NCBI GenBank assembly: GCA_035529375.1
Contig: DATKWU010000018.1
Location: forward strand, 47,956 to 111,955
Reading direction: 5' to 3'
Origin: Patescibacteria group bacterium
Lineage (GTDB): Bacteria; Patescibacteriota; Microgenomatia; PFEM01; JAHIFH01
Length of the DNA: 64,000 nt
The notes below the pieces were generated by a model that worked only from the letters and a program-made list of their open reading frames with translations, searched no databases and was not told the origin of the DNA. A program made the translations under genes and the position numbers. The stretch's first letter is position 1. Each line of letters begins with the position of its first letter. This document shows positions 58,474 to 64,000 of the stretch, piece by piece.

Positions 58474-59118
58474 ATGTTACAATATCTTTTTACCAATCCT
58501 TTATCTTTTGCTATCTGGGCCGCCGCTCTTCTGGTAGCGGTCACGGTTCATGAATTTGCTCATGCCTGGACAGCTGATCATTTAGGTGATCCTACTGCCA
58601 GACTAGCCGGTAGAGTCACCCTCAACCCCATCGCCCATCTTGATCCGATTGGTACTCTAATGCTCCTTGTCTTTCGTTTTGGCTGGGGCAAACCAGTTCC
58701 GATTGATCCCTTTAATCTCCGCAACCCTCGCCGAGACGCCGCTATTATCTCTTTTGCCGGACCAGCCGCTGATTTAGCTCTGGCTCTGATTCTTTCCTTA
58801 ATTATTCGCCTTTCCTATCTTTTTCTTAATTCTGCCCTCCTTATCCAAACCATTCTCCTGCCTTTTATCACCTTAAGTGTTATTCTCGCCATCTTTAATA
58901 TGATTCCCATCCATCCTCTAGATGGTGGTAAAATCCTAGTTGGTCTTTTACCCAAAGAAAATGCTTACAAAATAGACGCTGTTCTTAACCGATATGGTTT
59001 CTTCATTCTCATTCTTCTTATCTTTCCTTTTTTCGGCACTTCACCTATTATTGCCATTATCTCGCCTATCATTAACCTTATCCTGTCTCTTCTTCTCCCA
59101 AACGCCCCGCTCGTGTAA
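58474..59118 (+). CDS. site-2 protease (M50) family
   Basis: HEFAH, LGDPT, FGWGKPVP, FNMIPIHPLDG. Confidence 0.92.
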   Translation: MLQYLFTNPLSFAIWAAALLVAVTVHEFAHAWTADHLGDPTARLAGRVTLNPIAHLDPIGTLMLLVFRFGWGKPVPIDPFNLRNPRRDAAIISFAGPAADLALALILSLIIRLSYLFLNSALLIQTILLPFITLSVILAIFNMIPIHPLDGGKILVGLLPKENAYKIDAVLNRYGFFILILLIFPFFGTSPIIAIISPIINLILSLLLPNAPLV

Positions 59119-59186
59119 AAAAACTGACCTATTACGATATAGTTTAGCCTCTTGACTATGAAAATAAAAAATGTTACCTTTAATTT

Positions 59187-59342
59187 GTCCTGCCGGAAAA
59201 GGATCAGGAATGTAAGCACTTTTCCTCAACGTTTCTAAGGGAGTTTAGCTCTCTAAACCTCGTGGGGTTTAGAGGCGAACACCCACTTGAAAATCATTCA
59301 GGAAAAAAGCTCTGCACTCCCCCTCTTCGGTGGGACTTACAT
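59187..59342 (+). ncRNA. unidentified structured ncRNA candidate
   Basis: TTGACT-17-TACCTT promoter (59152-59180); nested helices atgtaag/cttacat, gggagt/actccc, agct/agct plus two inner hairpins. Confidence 0.5.
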
Positions 59343-59409
59343 ACTCAAATTTATTCCTTCCAAAGATTAGATTTCTCTCTCTTTTTTTGTTAAAATCAAA
59401 AATACAAAT

Positions 59410-59485
59410 GCCGCCTTAGCTCAGCTGGTAGAGCACTCGCTTTGTAAGCGATCGGTCCTCGGTTCGAATCCGAGAGGCGGCTCCA
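59410..59485 (+). tRNA. tRNA-Thr(UGU)
   Basis: Cloverleaf gccgcct/aggcggc, anticodon loop tttgtaa, TTCGAAT, encoded CCA. Confidence 0.95.
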
Positions 59486-59490
59486 GAAAA

Positions 59491-60438
59491 ATGAAGCCCT
59501 TCCTTGCCCAAATAAGCAAATTAAGTTTTCTTACCCTTGTTTTCATTTCACCACTAGTAATTGCTAACCATCTCTCTTCCCCAAAAGTCATCTCTCTCAA
59601 AGAAACATTAACTCCAGCCATTGCTTATCACTCCCAAAACCAACTAACTAACCAAAATCCAACCAACAAAAATAAAACCAAGTTTGCTGTTCTCCTTGCC
59701 CAAAATCCTCAACCAAAAGTACTTGGAACTGAAACAACCAAAGATGAAGAAAAAGAAGAAAAAACTGAATCTTCTCAAACCACCGGTACTTACACCATTG
59801 CCCTGCTTGGAGATTCAATGATTGATGTCATGCAACCAGATTTACCCCAACTAGAAGCGGCTTTAAAAAAATATTATCCCCAAGCTCAATTCAAACTCCT
59901 TAATTATGGCGTCGGCGCCAGTAACATCGAATATGGTCTGACCAGACTAACCAAAAAATATACTTATCTAGGCAGAGAATTTCCGGCTCTCTTATCCCAA
60001 AACCCAAACATTATTGTGATTGAATCTTTTGCCTATAATCACTGGGACAACAATCAAACCGGTCTAGATCGCCAATGGCTAGCCCTAGGCGGCATTATTC
60101 AAACCATCAAAAACCAAAGCCAAACGAAAATTGTCCTGGCCGCCACCATTGCCCCAAACGAAAACACTCTTTGTAATGGAATTGATGGTATCAACTTACC
60201 CCCTGATCAAAAGAAAGAAAAGGCTCAAACTATAAAGAAGTATCTCAATAACCTCATCAACTTTGCCAATTCCCAAAACTACCCCTTAGCTGATGCCTAT
60301 CATCCTAGCCTTAATGAAAATGAAAATGGCCAAGCAATCTACATTAATGAAGGTGATCATCTTCATCCTTCAGGCCCAGGCGGTGAATTATTTGCCGAGA
60401 AAATAGCGGAAGCAATCTTTAAAAATAAACTCCTTTAG
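59491..60438 (+). CDS. exported SGNH/GDSL hydrolase
   Basis: LLGDSM, NYGVGA, DHLHP. Confidence 0.85.
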   Translation: MKPFLAQISKLSFLTLVFISPLVIANHLSSPKVISLKETLTPAIAYHSQNQLTNQNPTNKNKTKFAVLLAQNPQPKVLGTETTKDEEKEEKTESSQTTGTYTIALLGDSMIDVMQPDLPQLEAALKKYYPQAQFKLLNYGVGASNIEYGLTRLTKKYTYLGREFPALLSQNPNIIVIESFAYNHWDNNQTGLDRQWLALGGIIQTIKNQSQTKIVLAATIAPNENTLCNGIDGINLPPDQKKEKAQTIKKYLNNLINFANSQNYPLADAYHPSLNENENGQAIYINEGDHLHPSGPGGELFAEKIAEAIFKNKLL

Positions 60439-60442
60439 TTAA

Positions 60443-61114
60443 TTATTTATTTAATTGACTAATCCTTAAAACCACCTTTTGATTATCAGCCACAAATCTG
60501 AATATAACCGGATAATCCAGACTATTAGTAATATATAAATTCTGGTTAGGACTTTGAGAACGAATCGAAGTCCCGTATTCCCGAGCCACACCAGGAATTA
60601 AGGCAAAATCGTGACTAGCTTTAGCGACTACTTCTAAATCCGCTTCAATGGCTACCCAGTTAATCAAAGAAGCTAAGTGACAAACACCATTCCCACCCAA
60701 TCCCCAAACACTTTTGTAGCCCTCATCAACAAAGAAACGAGAGTTCATCGTCACCTGAGGATTCTGGTATTCAGTTAAAACATTCTCATGGAAAGCAAAA
60801 ACCTCACCCGATTGAAGCACAAAACTGACTTCAAACGGCTGACGCGCCCAATCCCAATTAATTTTGGGATTTTTAATATCACCTTTTAAATAATGCAAAG
60901 CCAATAAAATATTGTCAGTATAGCCCTGATTAGCGTTTGGATTCGGTTCACGAATCGTTAAATCCAAGGTTTCTTCAGCCAAAACTTCATCACTCTGATT
61001 AAAAACCAAAAGATAATCAGGTACTGGCGACAATAGCGGACCCGCCGCCTGAGAAACCGGCAATAAAGCGGTGGAAACTAAAGCAACAGCACTAATAAGC
61101 GTTTCTTTTAACAT
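60443..61114 (-). CDS. VanW-like exported protein
   Basis: GGNGVCHLAS resembles VanW GGGVCQ; NLYITN. Confidence 0.7.
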   Translation of the reverse strand: MLKETLISAVALVSTALLPVSQAAGPLLSPVPDYLLVFNQSDEVLAEETLDLTIREPNPNANQGYTDNILLALHYLKGDIKNPKINWDWARQPFEVSFVLQSGEVFAFHENVLTEYQNPQVTMNSRFFVDEGYKSVWGLGGNGVCHLASLINWVAIEADLEVVAKASHDFALIPGVAREYGTSIRSQSPNQNLYITNSLDYPVIFRFVADNQKVVLRISQLNK

Positions 61115-61236
61115 TTTTTATATAAAAAGCCTCTGCTTTCGCAGAGGTGTCAAAACGTTAATTTATGTTGCTTATTATATCTTAAGACATCAAAAAAGTC
61201 AAGTCAGATGATGATTAAAAAGGAGAAAAAAGGTAG

Positions 61237-61842
61237 TTACTCAATCACTTCTTCAGCTTCTTCAATAATACCGCCCGCACCGCCAGCTCCTTGCCAACCC
61301 GATTCTGTTTCTTCACCTTCAAGAGGAATAAAAGTAAAGGTATCAAGAATATTGTTGTAAACCTCTTGCCAATAATTTTCTTCGTCAGGATACATCTCAA
61401 CTAACACTAGCGAATCAATATCAATCGCCGCCACCACTAATTTTTCTGGATCAGAAAAAGCGATCTTTTTTGCTGGTTCAGTATCTAACTTAGTATCAAA
61501 AACTTGTTCCTCCTCCCCTATCTCATCGGCCAACCAATCTTCTATATCTGTATAATCAGTTTCTTTTACCCAAACTAAAATTTTACCTGAATGGTCAGGC
61601 GAAGTTAATTCAAGATGAGCGTAACTTTCTTCATCCTCTTCATGAGGATCAATTTTAATCTCTTTAGGATAAAGAAAACTGAAACCAGCCGGGTCTTCCC
61701 AGGTCACTTCTTCAGCGCTCTCGCTCTCCTTAACAATCGGGCCAACTAGCGAGCGACTACCTTTTATTTTAAAAAGAACCACGCCTCCAACTAAAACACC
61801 GATAAGAATAAGACTAGTGATTAATAATTTTTTTCGTTCCAT
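61237..61842 (-). CDS. membrane-anchored hypothetical (PsbP-like) protein
   Basis: TM, GFSFLYP, ILDTFTF. Confidence 0.55.
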   Translation of the reverse strand: MERKKLLITSLILIGVLVGGVVLFKIKGSRSLVGPIVKESESAEEVTWEDPAGFSFLYPKEIKIDPHEEDEESYAHLELTSPDHSGKILVWVKETDYTDIEDWLADEIGEEEQVFDTKLDTEPAKKIAFSDPEKLVVAAIDIDSLVLVEMYPDEENYWQEVYNNILDTFTFIPLEGEETESGWQGAGGAGGIIEEAEEVIE

Positions 61843-61942
61843 TAAAAATAACTCTATCATATGATTTTTCTTAACTCAACAAGAAATTAAAATATTAATA
61901 ATAAACTTGACAGCCAACCAATAACTCGCTATTCTCCAATTA

Positions 61943-62377
61943 ATGAAGAAATTTTTAACAGCCTTTGTCCTGACCAGTTTCGCTCTCTTAGTTTTGGTCT
62001 CAGGCGTTAAAGCCGCTAAAACTCGTCCTCCCAGAGGCAGTGCCACGGGCACGCCCGTTGCTAGAACCTATACTCGAGGCATCTACTCAACCGTTCGCTT
62101 CCGACCCGATAGATTAGGTCTCCTAATTAATTTTTCTGGTTTTAGTGGTATCACCACGGTTACTTATACCCTTACCTACGAAGCCAATGGTATTCCCCAA
62201 GGCGCCATGGGAACGGCCACCCCAGAAACTGGCAGTGAACAAAGAGAACTGCTTTTCGGGACCTGCTCTCATGGAACTTGCCGCTACCACACTAATATCA
62301 CCAATGCTCGTCTCGTGATTGATTCCAAGCTTACTTCAGGTTTAATTATCCGCAAACCTTATCGAATTAATATTTAA
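61943..62377 (+). CDS. hypothetical exported protein
   Basis: Signal peptide; LLFGTCS..TC; TTGACA-17-TATTCT promoter ending 7 nt before ATG. Confidence 0.65.
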   Translation: MKKFLTAFVLTSFALLVLVSGVKAAKTRPPRGSATGTPVARTYTRGIYSTVRFRPDRLGLLINFSGFSGITTVTYTLTYEANGIPQGAMGTATPETGSEQRELLFGTCSHGTCRYHTNITNARLVIDSKLTSGLIIRKPYRINI

Positions 62378-62393
62378 TTAATATTTGAAAAGC

Positions 62394-62588
62394 TTATTCT
62401 TTAATTGAAGCTAAAAATTCTTCTTTAGTAAGCAAAGGCGCTACTTTTCTAACCTTTATCAAGATTTCTTCTTTCTTATCCTGACTATTGGCTTTTGAAT
62501 AAAGCTGACGCCACTTAGCTAATTTCTTTTTTCTTCTTTGTTTAATCTTGATTTGGCTTCTTCTTTTATTTCTGTCAATCTTGGCCAT
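62394..62588 (-). CDS. small basic hypothetical protein
   Basis: K/R-rich 64-aa ORF starting just after tRNA CCA. Confidence 0.55.
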   Translation of the reverse strand: MAKIDRNKRRSQIKIKQRRKKKLAKWRQLYSKANSQDKKEEILIKVRKVAPLLTKEEFLASIKE

Positions 62589-62589
62589 T

Positions 62590-62663
62590 TGGAGCTGAGA
62601 GCGGGAATCGAACCCGCGTCGGCTGCTTACCGAGCAGCTGCTTTTCCACTAAGCTATCCCAGC
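62590..62663 (-). tRNA. tRNA-Thr(GGU)
   Basis: gctggga/tctcagc acceptor, gctgc-tcggtaa-gcagc anticodon arm, TTCGATT, CCA. Confidence 0.9.
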
Positions 62664-63459
62664 TGGGACATAATCCATTTCTTCAATTTTATATTTCCAA
62701 AAGCAACGCTGCAAACCCCGTATTTTGATTTTTTCTTGTATGACCCCTTACCCTGAGGAGGTATCACCGTTATTTTACCAAATTTCTCATTAGAAACTTT
62801 TAGCTTTTTAGACCAATATTCCAAAGCTCTCTCTGGGTCAACATCGTTGAAAATTATAAGATTAAATCTTAGTTTATTAGTATTAATTTGACAAATTTTT
62901 ATCAAGAACTCAATAAATTTTTCAATAACTTTTGGGTCTGAGTTACTCACAGACACCCTATGTTTACTTACTTATTACCTTCTCCCCAATAAATACCAAG
63001 ACCCATCCCTAAAAGTTGTCTTTCTTCTGGTGAAAGTTTTTCCTTTATTTCAAAAGGATCTCCATTTGGATTATATTTGAGATAAATAGCTTCACTAACT
63101 GAACGCTTGGGTATCTGAAAATTTTTCAACCAATAATTAACTTTATAGAGCGAAATGCCTAATTTTTCAGCAATTTCATTTGCAGAAAGGCCATTTTTAT
63201 AAAGCTTTTCTAGTCGTACTTTAGATACAGGCGATTCCGGACTCCTTTTCAAATTATTTACTTTGGCTGCACAAGACTGACTACAATACTTTTTTGGGTC
63301 AGAAGCTACAACTAGAAAAGTTTCTTCACACCTCCTCCTCGCACAAGTTCGCTCCACCTCTTCCTTTAAATGATTATAAGCACCCTTTTGCCAATTCTTT
63401 TTTGTTAAAGAACTCTGTTTCTCTCTATAAACTGATGAATCATAAAAGGCAGGTCTCAT
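62654..63459 (-). pseudogene. zinc-finger/HTH + LAGLIDADG-like protein, frameshifted near 62968
   Basis: KYCSQSC, HTH, GIYWGEGNK stop; another frame continues SKHRVSVSNSDPKVIEKFIEFL. Confidence 0.6.
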
Positions 63460-63464
63460 TTCAG

Positions 63465-63547
63465 TGCCAGGGGAGGGACTTGCACCCCCGAAGGCTTGCG
63501 CCAGCGGTTTTACAGACCGCCCCGTTTGACTACTTCGGTACCCTGGC
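63465..63547 (-). tRNA. tRNA-Tyr(GUA)
   Basis: gccaggg/ccctggc acceptor, gcggt-ctgtaaa-accgc, long variable arm; T-loop TGCAAGT; CCA not encoded. Confidence 0.9.
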
Positions 63548-63613
63548 TTGTTCTTAATTTTACCATAAATTGTCTTTGAGAAAAAGTAAATTTTATGTTA
63601 AAATCCCTTCATC

Positions 63614-63787
63614 ATGGCAAAAAAAGGACCAAGACAACCAATTGTTTTAATCTGTACTGCTTGCAAATCCCAAAATTATATCACCAGTAAATCAAAAACA
63701 AATACGCCCGATAAATTGGTTTTAAAGAAATATTGCCGAAAATGTCGAAAAAAAACTGAGCACAAAGAATCTTCTAAATTAAAATAA
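63614..63787 (+). CDS. rpmG: 50S ribosomal protein L33 (zinc-binding form)
   Basis: Hand translation MAKKGPRQPIVLICTACKSQNYITSK...LKKYCRKCRKKTEHKE. Confidence 0.95.
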   Translation: MAKKGPRQPIVLICTACKSQNYITSKSKTNTPDKLVLKKYCRKCRKKTEHKESSKLK

Positions 63788-63837
63788 ACTATTTTTTTCT
63801 TTGACAAAATTGATTTAATGCTATACAATTTGATTCA

Positions 63838-64000
63838 ATGAAGCGGGTTCAATCACTCATTCCTCTTCTGCCCGCCTTAATTCTTCTTCTTGTTCTGCCT
63901 AAAACTGTTCTGGCCGAAACCAAAACTTTTAATCTTACCAAAGATACTTACGCTAACCAGGCTTATCCTGACCAAAACCGAGGCACCACCGGCAGTGTCG
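63838..64000 (+). CDS. exported protein, probably DNRLRE/CBM96-like N-terminus (partial)
   Basis: Signal peptide ..TVLA|E then KDTYANQAYPDQNRG; TTGACA-17-TACAAT promoter. Confidence 0.55.
   Translation, partial: MKRVQSLIPLLPALILLLVLPKTVLAETKTFNLTKDTYANQAYPDQNRGTTGSV

Noticed and set aside
59187-59342. Assignment of the structured RNA to c-di-AMP riboswitch, SRP or RNase P
   Set aside because: Only fragmentary motif resemblance; hallmark sequences not found by eye
59421-59621. 66-aa minus-strand ORF, and similar ORFs at 62538-62756 and 63294-63557
   Set aside because: Antisense shadows of tRNA genes

Overview
AT-rich chromosomal segment (genetic code 11) that looks like a Patescibacteria/CPR genome, most likely Microgenomates. 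This is inferred from the short EF-Ts, archaeal-type ProRS, reduced rpsB-tsf-frr-rseP-proS cluster, many apparently leaderless genes and many orphans. Core genes are cysS, recR-ybaB-dnaX, ybeY, rpsU, proS, rseP, frr, tsf, rpsB, topA, dprA, mrdA-mreD-mreC...mreB, def-fmt, nrdR, rpmB, rpmG and three tRNAs. A dTTP/folate cluster encodes dCMP deaminase, tandem-domain ThyX, a divergent thymidine kinase, tmk and both FTCD halves. The three AmmeMemoRadiSam genes are present, and the radical SAM gene carries a LAGLIDADG intein inside its CxxxCxxC motif. The most striking element is a ~7.8 kb island between mreB and mreC. It encodes a Hint (intein-like) domain split across two adjacent genes, each with its own signal peptide: a 12-Cys peptide fused to Hint-N, and Hint-C ending HN|K fused to a ~680-aa surface protein. 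This is a candidate extracytoplasmic protein trans-splicing/ligation system. The same island has two HEXXH metallopeptidase genes that share a conserved leader (13-codon uORF plus SD-sequestering hairpin). Several unannotated structured RNA candidates are also present. All calls come from reading motifs by eye; no searches were run.
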